Assembly: GCA_951406725.2 (NCBI GenBank)
Contig: OX597838.1
Span: 6,820,001-6,884,000, forward strand
Direction: 5' to 3'
Length of the DNA stretch: 64,000 nt
Source: Octopus vulgaris
Taxonomy: Eukaryota
Of the stretch, positions 28,390-41,216 are shown in pieces (the first letter of the stretch is position 1; each line of letters begins with the position of its first letter). The notes beneath the pieces are model-generated. The model made no database searches and had not been told where the DNA came from. It saw nothing but the letters and a program-made list of their open reading frames with translations. Position numbers and translations under genes: made by a program.

Positions 28390-28790
28390 GGCACAAGACT
28401 TGGAATTTGAGGTAAGGTCTAGTCAATTATATTGATCGCTTTGTTTAACTGATACTTATTTCGGCGACTGAGAAATAATGAAAGACAAAAGAGACTTCAG
28501 CGCCGTTTGAGGTCAGAGCTCAAAGACGGACGAAATGGTGTTGATCATCAGATCCGGCATGCTAAAGTTTTAATAATATTTTTGAATTCTGGTACAATGC
28601 AAGCACGTTAGGGGTTGGAAATATATAAGATTACATCCACACCAGTGCTCAACTGGTATCGACCCCGAAAGGATGAAAAGCAAAATCGACATCGGCAGAA
28701 TGTGAACACGGAACGTATGAGACGGACGAAATTCCGGTGAGTGTTTTGCCAAGCATGTTAACGATTCTGTCATCACACAATCTGCCATCT
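28390..28790 (-). mobile_element. Two degenerate SINE family A copies
   Basis: atcgaccccgaaaggatgaaaagcaaaatcgac...gacggacgaaat motifs. Confidence 0.7.
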
Positions 28791-28794
28791 TGGA

Positions 28795-29278
28795 TGAGGA
28801 AGAAGAAGAAGAAGATGTACAAGAAGAAGAAGAAGGAGAAGAAGAAGAAGAAAAAGAAGAAGGGGGAAGAGCAGGAGGAGGAGAAGAAGAAGAAGAAGAA
28901 GAAGAAGAAGAAGAAGAAGAAGGAGAAAGAGGAGAAAGAGGAGAAGCAGGGGGAGAAGACGAAGGAGAAGACGAAGAAGAAGAAGAAGGAGGAGGAGGAG
29001 GAGGAGAAGAAGCAGAAGACGAAGGAGAAGACGAAGAAGAAGAAGAAGAAGAAGAAGAAGGAGAAGAAGGAGAAGAAGAAGGAGAAGGAGGAGGAGCAGG
29101 AGGAGAAGAAAGAGAAGACGAAGAAGAAGAAGAAGAAGAAGAAGAAGAAGAAGGAGGAGAAGAAGGAGAAGAAGCAGGAGAAGAAGAAGAAGAAGAAGAA
29201 GAAGAAGAAGAAGAAGAAGAAGAAGAAGAAGAAGAAGAAGAAGAAGAAGGAGAAGAAGGAGAAGAAGACGTAGAAGAA
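28795..29278. repeat. (GAA)n/(GGA)n polypurine tract
   Basis: Almost pure purine for about 480 bp. Confidence 0.95.
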
Positions 29279-29579
29279 TGCGGATGGTGATGATGATACC
29301 GTAATTTGAAACTATTAAATTTGAAGTATTAGAAAGAAAGGATAATATTATGTCCAGATGTGACTTTTATCTGCAACAAGATGCTAAAGTGGCCGATGAA
29401 ATATTTTGAAAATTCACTCATGGAATTAATTAGCACCTGAACGGCTGCTTCCAATTTCGTAATTCGGAAAGGTTTTACTTACTGCTGTTTCAGGTTGTCG
29501 AATTACTTGGAATTGCAACTTAAAGGTGAGGGAATCGTTTATAAGTTCATACGCTGGAAAATCATTATCAAAATGTGAA

Positions 29580-29962
29580 CAGGCGTAGTTATGTGGTAGG
29601 AAGTTTGCTTGCCAACAACATGCTTCCGAGTTCAGTCCCACAGCATGGCAGCTTCGACAAGTGTCTTCTACTATACCCCACCACAATTATTTCACCAGTC
29701 ACCATAATTAGACTGTAGCCGGCATAATATCACAAGAGCTTTATTTGCATATTCAAACGGTTACCTAAACAAATTTAATATATATATATATATGTATATG
29801 GGGCGGGGGTAAGTAACATGCTTACGAACCCCATGTTTCTGGGTTCAGTCCCACTGCGTGGCGCCTTGGGCAAGTGTCTTCTAATATAGCCTGGGGGCGA
29901 CCAAAGCCTTGTGAGTGGATTTGGTAGACTGAAACTGAAAAAAAGCCCGTCGTATATATGTA

Positions 29963-30007
<45 letters not shown>

Positions 30008-30090
30008 ATGTCTGTGTGTCTGTGTTTGTCCCCCAATATCGCTAGTCAACCGATGTTGGTTTGTTTACGTCCCCGCAACTTAGCCGATTC
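29580..30090 (+). mobile_element. SINE family B fragments (29580-29675, 29810-30090)
   Basis: gttcagtcccac..., ccttgggcaagtgtcttc, gtggatttggtagac. Confidence 0.85.
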
Positions 30091-30699
30091 TATAAATTGT
30101 AAAAGTTAGAATTAGAGAGAGAACGAGAGGAAGATTTTTCCCCCATTGCTGAAGTCACGTTACAACCATGACCTAATTAGGAGATTCACACCCTGTTTTG
30201 TTTTTCTACACACCAGGAATGTACAAATATTATGCTTACATTTTACTTTAATATACAGTAGGGCTTTCTAACGTTTAAATTTGTTTCAGCATTGCTGATT
30301 TCCGCTTGCGTGTATGTCTTTCTATGTATAAATATATATAGCGGGGTGTGTTGCGTGTTCCCATATTTGGTGCATGCGTGTGTACCAGCTTATGAATAAT
30401 TACGCAATATAAAAAGAAGTCCTACTTTTTATGTAGCAATACTAAATTCTATGCGTGTCACGAGTGTATAAATTTCAGGGATTGCGTTAATGGAATATAT
30501 TGGTCTCATGACTTCGAGTATCCATAACATAGACAGACATCTCCGACGGGATTTGATCTTAAAATGTAAATATTTTTTGTTAAATACCAGATTGTATTTT
30601 GATCTGCAACGTTCCGAAGTATCAGCCGACGCCCTCAATGTAAACATCCATAAATGCAAACCAACAAGCTTAATTCTCCGTTCTTGCTTTTAATTGCTA

Positions 30700-32095
30700 A
30701 AAATAATTCTTTCTAATGTAAACACAACGTTTGAAAGTTTTTGGGGAAGGAGACAGTCACTCCTTCAACCCCACTGTACAACATGTACTCACTTTATTCA
30801 CCCCAAATGAATGAAAGGATAAGTCAGCCGCGCTGACATTTGAACTTGAAACGTAAAACCAAATGACATGCTGCTAAGATATTTTACCAGCGCGGTAACA
30901 ATTCTGTCTGCTCGCCTTCCTGTATTGCCATTATAAAAAAAAAAAAAAAATTAAAGGAGGGGGGTCAAGTCGATTACGTCGGTCCCAGTGCTCAACTGGT
31001 CATTATTTTATCAGCACTCGAAAGTAAGTAATCCAAATTTAAATTTCGATGAAATTTGAACCCAGAAAGTAGTCGGAACTAATGCTGCTAGCTTTTTGAC
31101 CAGCGCTAAAAATAATGCTTTCTACTATACGCACAAGACCTGAAATTTGGGGGAGGGCGTGGGGGAAGGTATATCACATCGACTCCAGTGTATCACTGGT
31201 ATTTAATTTATCGACTCCGAGAGGATGAAAGTCGACCCCGGCGGAATTAAAGCGAAGCGACGGGTGAAATACTGTTAAGTGTACTAACGATTCTGCCACC
31301 TCGCCGCATTTAATTGCTTAAAAAAATAAAATAAAGATAATTATTATTATTATTATTTCTTTCATGCCCACAAGGGGCTAAATATAGAGGGGACAAACAA
31401 GGACAGACACAGAGATTAAGTCAATTACATCGACCCCAGTGTGAAACTGATACTTTATTTATCGACCACGAAAGAATGAAAGGCAAAGCGGTATTTCGTC
31501 TGACGCTATGTTCTGAGTTCAAATTCTGCCGAGGTCGACTTTGCCTCTCATCCTTTCGGGGTCGATTAAATAAGTACCAGTTACGCACTGGGGTCGAAAA
31601 ATCGACTTAATACGTTTTTCTGTCCTTGTTTGTTCTCTCTGTGTTTAGCCCCTTGTGGGTAGTAAAGAAATAGGTATTTCGTCTGCCGCTACCTTCTGAC
31701 TTCAGATTGCCCCGGGGTCAATTTTGCCTTTCATCATTTGGGGGTCGATAAATTAAGTGCCATTTGCGCAATGGGGATGATCTAATCGACTGGCCCCCCC
31801 CCAAATTTCATGCTTGTGCCTAGAGTAGAAAGGTTATTATCATCATCATCATCATTATTATTATTATTATTATTATTATGAAACCGTGATAAGGTGCTGA
31901 GCTAGCAGAATCGTTAGCACCCCGGCGTAACGCCTAGCGGTATTTCGTCTGCCGCTAAGTTCTGAGTTCATATTCCGCCGAAGTCGACTTTGCCTTTCAT
32001 CATTTAGGGGTCGATTTAAATAAGTACCAGTTACGCACTGGGGGTCAATGTAGTCGACTTAATCCCTTCACCCAAATTCGAGCTCTTGCACAAAG
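30700..32095. mobile_element. Dense cluster of SINE family A copies in both orientations
   Basis: Minus copies at ~30700-31487 and plus copies at 31488-31835 and 31890-32095. Head-to-head fusion at aggcaaag|cggtatttcg. Confidence 0.85.
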
Positions 32096-32435
32096 GAATA
32101 CTATCAACTGCCGGTGGGATTTGCCTGGGTGTATGGGTTTAAAATTTGTAGGAACCACTATTAAAGAGTACTTTGGTTCCAATGCACCGATTGTTTAACG
32201 ATATTCAATCTCTTATACCGACACATATTCTGCTTAGAGATATATCGCAGAGATAAAACATGCAAATGCTTTACCGGTATTGCTTTTGGTTGTGAGATCA
32301 TTCGTGTATGTGTGTGTGTGGGGGGGTTGTATGCGTATGTTTGTGTGTTTGTTTCTTTGTATATGTGTTCGAGCGTGAAGAGTGTGTGTTTGTACATGTG
32401 TTCGTGTTTGTGTAGATATAAGTATACGTATAGAC

Positions 32436-32475
<40 letters not shown>

Positions 32476-32866
32476 ATGTATTTGTCTGAGAATACGTAAG
32501 CATATCTGTATGTAGGTTTTAGGCTGCCATTCACCCATAAGCACTTTTAAGAACTTTTTTTTTTCTCTCTCTACTTATTTTTCTTTGTGACGCACAGATA
32601 AGTACAATGTACACACATTTTCTCATAACCCCTTCCGCTTTTCTATCTTAGAAGCAACAAGTAACACTTAGATACGTCTACTTATGTGTCACATACACTC
32701 ACACACACACACACACACACACAACCACAAACAAACAAACACATGCATATATATGTGTTTGCACACATGCACGCACATGCCATGTAACCGAGTGATACTA
32801 TAGTTAGAAAGGCTTCTTGTGTTAAGTGCTAAAATAATAACAGCGAAGTTGTGGATGCTGTTGTTG

Positions 32867-32898
<32 letters not shown>

Positions 32899-33439
32899 GT
32901 TGATAATGGTGCTCGTGTTGTTTTGTCCATAAGACCATCTTGAATAGAGCCAACATCAGGGATCAACTATCTTTGAAAATTCTAACAATATCATATGCTT
33001 TTTCGAGTATGTTAAAGAAGGTGTCCTTCCCGTTGTAGTACGACTGAATTTGCGCCGAGGCCCAAATATACGATATTTCTTACTAGTGCAAGGACTACAC
33101 AGCGACCCATCGTTACTTCGGAGTAAATTTCTTGCTGTTGATGTTAGCGTTGATTTTTAGTGATGTCATTGGTTTCAAATTTTTGCGCAAGGCCAGCAAT
33201 CTTTTGTGCCTGGCATGGGGGTGGGTGAGTAAGTCCATTATATCGAACCCCAGTACTAAACTGGTACTTATTTTATCAACGATGAAAAGAATGAAAGGCG
33301 AAGTTGACTACGGCGGTATATTGTTGCTGATGTTATTAGGGATTCCTATGTCTGTGCCAGCTATGCATTACATCGACAAAGAAAACTGGTTGTTGCGAAG
33401 TTTACTCTGGGACTCTTTTGAGCAGCAAAATCAGTTGGA

Positions 33440-34030
33440 ATATTAGTGCTTGCCTACCTTTACGAGAGAAAACTGGATCCGGTGGACGATGCAGAATAAA
33501 ACCTTCCTAGCTCAACCCATGGGATAGCGGCTACTGTATCGCATCGTAGATTGCAGAGAACAAGATGTCTCGATTCAAGCAAGACATCTTGGTCATCATC
33601 TACATCCGTGTCTATCCTAAATCACTTTACCAGGTCCTTCACCTGGATTTAAATTGGTCACAGACGAAAGAGTGAGGTTGATGCTGCGCAAAACTTCTGA
33701 TCCTTAAACAATGTATCAACGTAAGCCATGTCTTCCTTACGGACAACCAGATGGTCCTCGTCGCTCCGACCCTCGAACACGAGTTTTAATAATAGACTTT
33801 TGGGCGATGAGGGGAGTTGTTCTGTTGGTGTTCTTGTATTGAGTCATGTTTAGGTCATAGTTTTTTCTGTCAGTGATGATAGAAGAGGGTGCGTGTAATC
33901 GTTCTGATAGGAGGAGATGATGACAACGTTAGGAGTGGTGGTGCTATCGTGTTAGTGATTAACCTAGCTTTGCTGATAATCTGTTCTTTAAGTGGTGTTG
34001 GCATTTGCATTAATAGTCTTGTGTTGTTAG
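33440..34030 (-). mobile_element. Decayed RTE-like LINE 3' fragment
   Basis: Minus strand ...PSSIITDR.. and ..RRGPSGCP/KTWL resemble the RTE C-terminal 'R.RGRP.KTW' region. Heavily mutated. Confidence 0.35.
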
Positions 34031-35319
34031 CGGAGGACGTGGCCATGTGGGAGTATTAGTCACGTAGTAGTGATAGAAAGGTGATAATTAAGATGGTGCA
34101 GTAACAGTTAATGTTTGTCTGCCACTATAGCGGATGTATAAGATGTAGTGATTTATGGAGTTTAAAATCGATGATAAACAATAGAATCTGCTGCCAATAT
34201 TAACTAACAATTTGGCCGGAGGGCTACCACGAATCTCCTTCTCATCAAATTTCAGTGTTTGAGAACTGAGCTTTAAATATGAAGAAGGTCTGGGCAACCT
34301 TTTGTAATTTGCGAAGTAAATTGATAGCCATTTTGGAATTCGACCAAAACAAATCAACTTTTGAAATAGCAGAAAAAAATTGAAGTTGACTATTCAACAT
34401 CAACAATTGTTGAAGACTGGGCCAAGACTTAGACGACCAAAGAACATTCAAGGAAAAAAGATATCGTATATATTACCTCGACAAAGAAAACTGTTTGTTG
34501 CAAAGATTGCTCAGGGGTTCTTTTGAGCAGCAAAATCAGTGCAGATCTTCATTAAAATGTGATATGCAAGACTTTTTTAAAAAATGGATTTTCTTCGAGA
34601 ATTAACAGCCGTAGTACCAATAAATTCATTAGTTATGGACAGTTTAATGGACAATGTGTAGAAACTTGAACGTTTCTACTTTGAATCCTGACGAAATATC
34701 ACATTACATCCCATTAGCGGTCCGGCGAAAAGTGTGACAAACAGAATGTGTACCAAGAATTCGTTTAAAAAAATAATAGCTACCGTTATCGATTTGTTTT
34801 ACTCAAAATCTCACAGTCGTGCACCAGCATGGCCGTAGTACCAATAACTGAAGCAAGTAAAAGATGAAATAAAATTGAAGCAGATCATTTCACGCAGCAG
34901 AAAGAACTGGAAAGAACTGAATTACAAAAAGCATATTTAACCGAACTTGTAAAACTTTTCAAGGACTAACTCGCGTATGTTCAAGTATCATCTGCGAAGA
35001 GTCTTCATCGGTTAAGGAAGCAACTGGAAACGAAACAAATAAACACTAAAACTAAAATAAATAAAATATTTGAAAAATTCATTTACTGTTGCAGGTAACA
35101 AGAAATATGTGCTACGAAATTATATATTGACTTGCTTCCTGTCGGCAAAAGATATGTAAAGTCCAATATTGTGCAAAATAAAATTTATTTTGTGCAGTTA
35201 CGCACGTTTGTATATAAATATATGTGTATGTATGTATGTATGTATCTATTTTTAACACCAGCTTAAATCAGTCCATGCACATAACTATTACCAAATGTGT
35301 TGAGTTTATTTCCTTGCTT

Positions 35320-35399
<80 letters not shown>

Positions 35400-35539
35400 A
35401 TATATATACATGTACATATATATATGTATACATATATATGTACATATATATATGTATACATATATATGTACACATATATATATATATGTATATATATATA
35501 TGTAACTACTACCAAATGTGTTCAGTTTATTTCCTCACT

Positions 35540-35583
<44 letters not shown>

Positions 35584-37659
35584 CTTATATGCACACACAC
35601 ACACACACAGAGTAGGAGAGAGTGGGTGCTTAAGAGTGATAAAAATATATATTTTACAGCGATATATATCTGAATTCATATTAAACGAGACATATTTCTT
35701 TCTATGTTCAAAAGAATTTTGTTAGTCATTAAATTCATTTTAAAATACTGCACTACACTTCAACGCTAATGTTCCTGGATATCCTTTTAGCACCAAAATT
35801 GGCGGAACCGTTGCAGCCCGTCCAACTTCTGCAAGTTTCTGAAATTATTTTGACGTACGACAGTGGTCGAAGGAAAGATTTCTGGGCGCTAAATCAATAT
35901 AACATGGCTGCCGTATATGGCGGCGTATAAGACGCGATCTTTTATTCTTAAATGTAACAAAATGTTTCTTTGGGTCCAATATGGTTGTATTAGGGATGGC
36001 ATACCCAGTGTATGAGCGTATCATAAATCATTATCTTTGAATTGTTCTCAAAATATACTGTTTTTTCCATAAACATGTAGGTGTTTATCCTAAGGGTGAT
36101 TGCGTCCTATACCACGGTAATTACAGTATGTATGTATAAATGTATGTGTATACATGTATATGTTTATGTATCTGCATGTATTCTGTTCTATGGGCGAATA
36201 GCTTTCTATAATTTTTTATCTCACTCATTATCTCTCAATCTCTCACCCCATTTCTGTTTTGTTTTTAATTTTCTCCTATCCATAATTATTTAAAAGTTTT
36301 CTGAATCCAACCGCTACCATTCCTCATTTACACAATCCTCCCTCTTCCATTCTCTCTCTCTCTCTCTTTCTCTCTTTCTCTCTCTCTCTCTCTCTTCCCC
36401 TTCCATTTATACAATTACTGCTAAATTCTTCCTTCCTCTCTTCCATTAACCTCATCCTACAAACAATCCCCTTTCTTCCGTTTGACATTTTTTTCTTCAC
36501 GTCTCTACTTCCTCAAACATTCAATAATTCATTTTTATTACAATTATCATAGTTGTTACGACGAAAGATGTTGTGTGGTGGACGAGGCTGGAAGGAGTGA
36601 GAAAAAATACCTTCCGCTTCGGTTAAGCCCTCATCGAGTGTTCAAAATTTCACTTGGAAAACAAAGTGTGAGTGGAGAAGGAAAAGTGATTTTCCAGTGA
36701 ATTGTAAAAAGGGTGGGCGACTGCGGCAAAAATGGATAGGGTGGATGAATCTACTCTATGCACACGCCTGTAGGTTAGAGCACAAATTTGGGCGAGGGCT
36801 CGTGTCTGTAATGGATGAGATTAATCATGGAACTGTGGAGTTCTTTGATTGGCCCTATTTGGAGGTTTTCCCTGTATCAGAAGGACTGCATTATTCATAT
36901 ATTCATATATTTTATTTACTATTTATACTTTATCAAATTTAGCAGGCATTTCTCGTTGTCCCCCTTTCTTCTTTAAGTTAACGCCCACACAAATTGTACA
37001 CCGTTCTTGTGATGTACCCCTATCTATGCATCTGTGTCAAATAAAGAAATGATTAACATTATTTTTGGTTGTTATTATTATTCAGTAGTCTTAATTTTGT
37101 CGCTTGCTTTCACTACACTACCGAGCGCAGCTCTGTGTGCCTTGGGTATGTGCTATGGTCTTTTATGGCGCTCTCATTTTCACTACATTAATTCAATAAC
37201 TGGTCAAAGATTATTATTATTATTATTATTATTGTTATTGATTGTTTAATTTGCAATAAGACCTCCATTTAAACAAGGCTTCTTCGGCCTGATGATCGGC
37301 TGGTTAAGTACCCCTAGTTGTGCAATTGATATTTCCGAGGTCGTGATAGCTACGAAACATATGTAGCCTGTATTTTTCCGATTCCATTCCCTCAATTTTA
37401 TATATATATATATATATATGTATAGTTTTAGTTTCAGTCCAAAGACTGCGGTCATTCTGGGGCACCACCTTTTACGTTTCAACACGTTCACTAAACCTCC
37501 TCCCACACGTGACATTTGGTGGATGATGTAGCTTGATATAATGATATCTAAATGTAAGCTGAAAGGATCAAAGTGTAGGAAGTTGGTAATCTTCGAGCAG
37601 TCCGGAGATCATATAAAAAAACAACTTTTAGGAACAATTGTGGTTTATTGATGTAGAAA

Positions 37660-37868
37660 GTTTCTCTTTTACTCGTTCACTTGTTTCAGTCATTTGACTG
37701 TGGCCATACTGGAGCACCGCCTTCAGCCGAGCAAATCGACCCCAGGACTTACTCTTTCTAAGCCTAGTACTCATTCTATCGGTCTCTTTTGCCCAACCGC
37801 TAAGTTACATGGACGTAAACACACCACCACTGGTTGTCAAGCGATATTGGCAGGACAAACACAGACAC

Positions 37869-37953
<85 letters not shown>

Positions 37954-38100
37954 CATACGACGGGCTTCTTTCAGTTTCCGTCTACCAAATCCACTCACAA
38001 GGCTTTGGCCGGCCCGAGGCTATAGTAGAAGGCACTTGCCCAAGGTGTCAGGCAGTGGGAATGAACTCGGACCCATGTGGTTGGTAAGCAAGCTACTTTA
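37660..38100 (-). mobile_element. SINE family B
   Basis: Full motif set in reverse orientation. Confidence 0.92.
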
Positions 38101-38509
38101 TTTCATAAATATTTGCCATGAAGGCATTACAAAGAGGGGACGAACAAGAACAGACGAACATAAAAGGGTGAAGTAGCTGTAGCGATTAAATATTTACAAT
38201 GTAAAAATACAATTATTTAATGAATATGTTTATAATTTTTGACTTGAGCGTTGCTCATTATAAATGAAATTTGTAATGGCTTCTCTGCAGGATAGGCATC
38301 CGACCACCAGGGTAGACCCCTTGCTTTTTGTAAACGGCTGTCCTTCTCTTCATATTTTCAACACTAGGGGAAGGTGATATCTGTATATCTCCACCCTCCT
38401 CTTTCATTCTCTCAAAAAGCTCGGAGAGGTTCTCCGTTTGTGTTACTACATTTTTAAATGATACAGCGGTTACAGCCGCGAACCTTTTTGCTGGCTCATG
38501 CAGCTGGTT

Positions 38510-38850
38510 AGTTTTTACTCTTTTACTTGTTTCAGTCATTTGACTGCGGCCATGCTTATTCTTTTGTAAGCCCAGTACTTATTCTATCGGTATCTTTTGC
38601 CGAACCGCTAAGTAACGGGGACGTAAACACACCAGCATCGGTTGTCAAGCAATGCTAGGGGGACAAACACATAAAAACAAACATACACGCACACACATAT
38701 ATATATACATATATATATGACGGGCTTCTTTTTCAGTTTCCGTCTACCAAATCCACTCACAAGGCTTTGGTCGGCCCGGGGCTATAGCAGAAAACACTTG
38801 TCCAAGGTGCCACGCAGTGGGACTGAACCCGGAACCATGTGGTTGGTTCG
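38510..38850 (-). mobile_element. SINE family B (internal deletion)
   Basis: Motif set in reverse orientation. Confidence 0.9.
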
Positions 38851-38888
38851 ACCGACGTATTCGTTCGAAATAAATTTATACTCAATTT

Positions 38889-39365
38889 AATCCCAGAAAA
38901 TGGGAAACCTATAATTTTTTTTTACTTTTATTTTTTTTTTCTCTTAACAAGGACAACAGTTCAAATCCCACCCCCGCTGGTGGGACAGTAGTAACAACAA
39001 AACCTACAACATTCGAAATGAATGTTTTTCCACACAATAATAAAAATACAGAATCCCCCAAAACGGGAAACCTATAATATTTGTTTCTCACAATGAGGAC
39101 AACAGTTCAAATCTCACCCCCGCTGGGGTCGAGACGTAACAACAAAGGCTACAACGTTCGAAATTAAATTTTCCACACAGTAATAAAAATACAGTATCCC
39201 AAAAACGGGAAACCTATAATATTTTTTTTCGTCACAACGAAGACAACAGCTCAAATCTCCCCCATGCTAGGGGCGGGCACCACAATAGAACCTACAACGG
39301 CTAAAATTTAATTTTTCACGCAGTAATAAATTGTTTATCCCCAAAACCGGGAAGCCTATAATATT
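38889..39365. repeat. ~143-bp tandem repeat, about 3.3 copies, in an unclassified element
   Basis: atccc..aaa.gggaaacctataat at 38889, 39052, 39195 and 39336, with the gacaacagttcaaatc motif in each unit. Confidence 0.88.
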
Positions 39366-39604
39366 TCTTGGATCTTTTCCTTTTGAACGGCACTTTTCAA
39401 CACAATTTCTAGTTAACTAAACACATTTAAACTTCGTATACTGGCAGAATGTGTCAAAATAAAACATTTTTTTCTCTTGGCTTGCTTGAGATAATTGTAA
39501 TTTGTAAGTTTAAGGTAGTTTAATTTTTCGAATTTTAACCAATCCTATGCCTTCTATTTAGCTAAAATCATTTGCCGCGTCTAAAACTGAGACAACATCC
39601 TGTA

Positions 39605-39651
39605 ACTAACCCGAACTCTAACCCTAACCCTCACCCTAACCCTAACCCTAA
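39605..39651. repeat. Short interstitial telomere-like (CCCTAA)n run
   Basis: ctaacccgaactctaaccctaaccctcaccctaaccctaaccctaa. Confidence 0.8.
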
Positions 39652-40052
39652 ATTTTAGCCTTTCGTTTTTTTTTTCTTAATTGTTAAATTGATTTAATTG
39701 CTACGCGTGTGTCTAAAATTATTCGTTTTGTTTTTGTTTTGAGTTTTTGCTTTCGTTTTAGCCTTTCGTTTTTTTTCTTAATTGTTATCCTTAAATTAAT
39801 TTAACATTTAAGAAAAAAAACGAAAGGCTAAAATTTAGGGTTAGAGAGAAAGAAGTATAGAGAAGGTGTGTAAAACAATTTTTTATATCTTTCCAGCAAG
39901 CTATCAATCAGTGTATTTATCTCTTTATTGAGATGTGTTTTTATTTATCTATATATCTATTTTTGTGCATATCTATCGACCACTCTCCTTCTCCCTTTTT
40001 CTCTCTCTTTCTCTGTCTACCTATTTACCTGTCTACGTATCTACCTTCCGAC

Positions 40053-40122
<70 letters not shown>

Positions 40123-40185
40123 CTCTGTCTGTCTATCTATCTATCTATCTATCTATCTCTATCTATCTATCTATCTATATGTCTG

Positions 40186-40299
<114 letters not shown>

Positions 40300-40304
40300 G
40301 TCTG

Positions 40305-40351
<47 letters not shown>

Positions 40352-40380
40352 GTCTATTTATCAATCTATCTATCTTTCAT

Positions 40381-40699
40381 TGACCGAGGTTACCGTGGTC
40401 TTTTCCGTAGGCTTTTCTTTCCACGGGTAAACCTCACCTGTCCTCCCCTTTACACTTCATATTGACATTTCTGTGATAACGATCCCTATTGATCAATTTT
40501 TTTTCCTCCCCCCCCCTTTTTGTCCTCTTTCTCTCCTTTTACGATCCCTTTTGATCGACCCCCCTTTTTTATTTTATTTTATTTTTTATTTTATTATTAT
40601 TATTATTATTATTATTTTTTTTTTAAACCTTCAAAAGAAAAGCTCTACCTTGTAATTTGTTCTATCTGTGTGCAGCCCTGTGTGGCTAATAAAGAAACA

Positions 40700-40700
<1 letters not shown>
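40381..40700 (+). mobile_element. Probable LINE 3'-UTR fragment inserted in (TCTA)n
   Basis: Unique block flanked by TCTA repeats. It ends ttgttctatctgtgtgcagccctgtgtggctaataaagaaac, similar to the SINE A tail. Confidence 0.45.
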
Positions 40701-40768
<68 letters not shown>

Positions 40769-41131
40769 GTCTATTTATCAATCTATCTATCTATCTATCT
40801 ATGTATCTATATGTCTATCTATCTCTATGTCTATATCTATCCATCTATCTATCTATCAGTCTGTCTATCTATCTCTGTATGAAAACTTTCGCAGATATGT
40901 ATGTGTATATGTGGGTATGTGTGTGGCCATGTGTACGGGTGAATTGACGTGTGTGTGCACGTGTATGTGTGAGTTCGTGTGTGCGAGTTCGCTTTAATAT
41001 ATATATATAAATATATATATATTTATATATGTTTATACGCATATGTGTATTTTCATATATGCTTTTACATATATATATATATATATATATACATACACAC
41101 ATATATATACTTATATACATATGTATGCATT

Positions 41132-41216
<85 letters not shown>

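Noticed and set aside
34088-34451. Possible mariner transposase fragment (FDEKEIRGSP)
   Set aside because: Similarity too weak, with no DD34D motifs or TIRs seen.
39605-39651. True telomere
   Set aside because: Only a few degenerate internal units.
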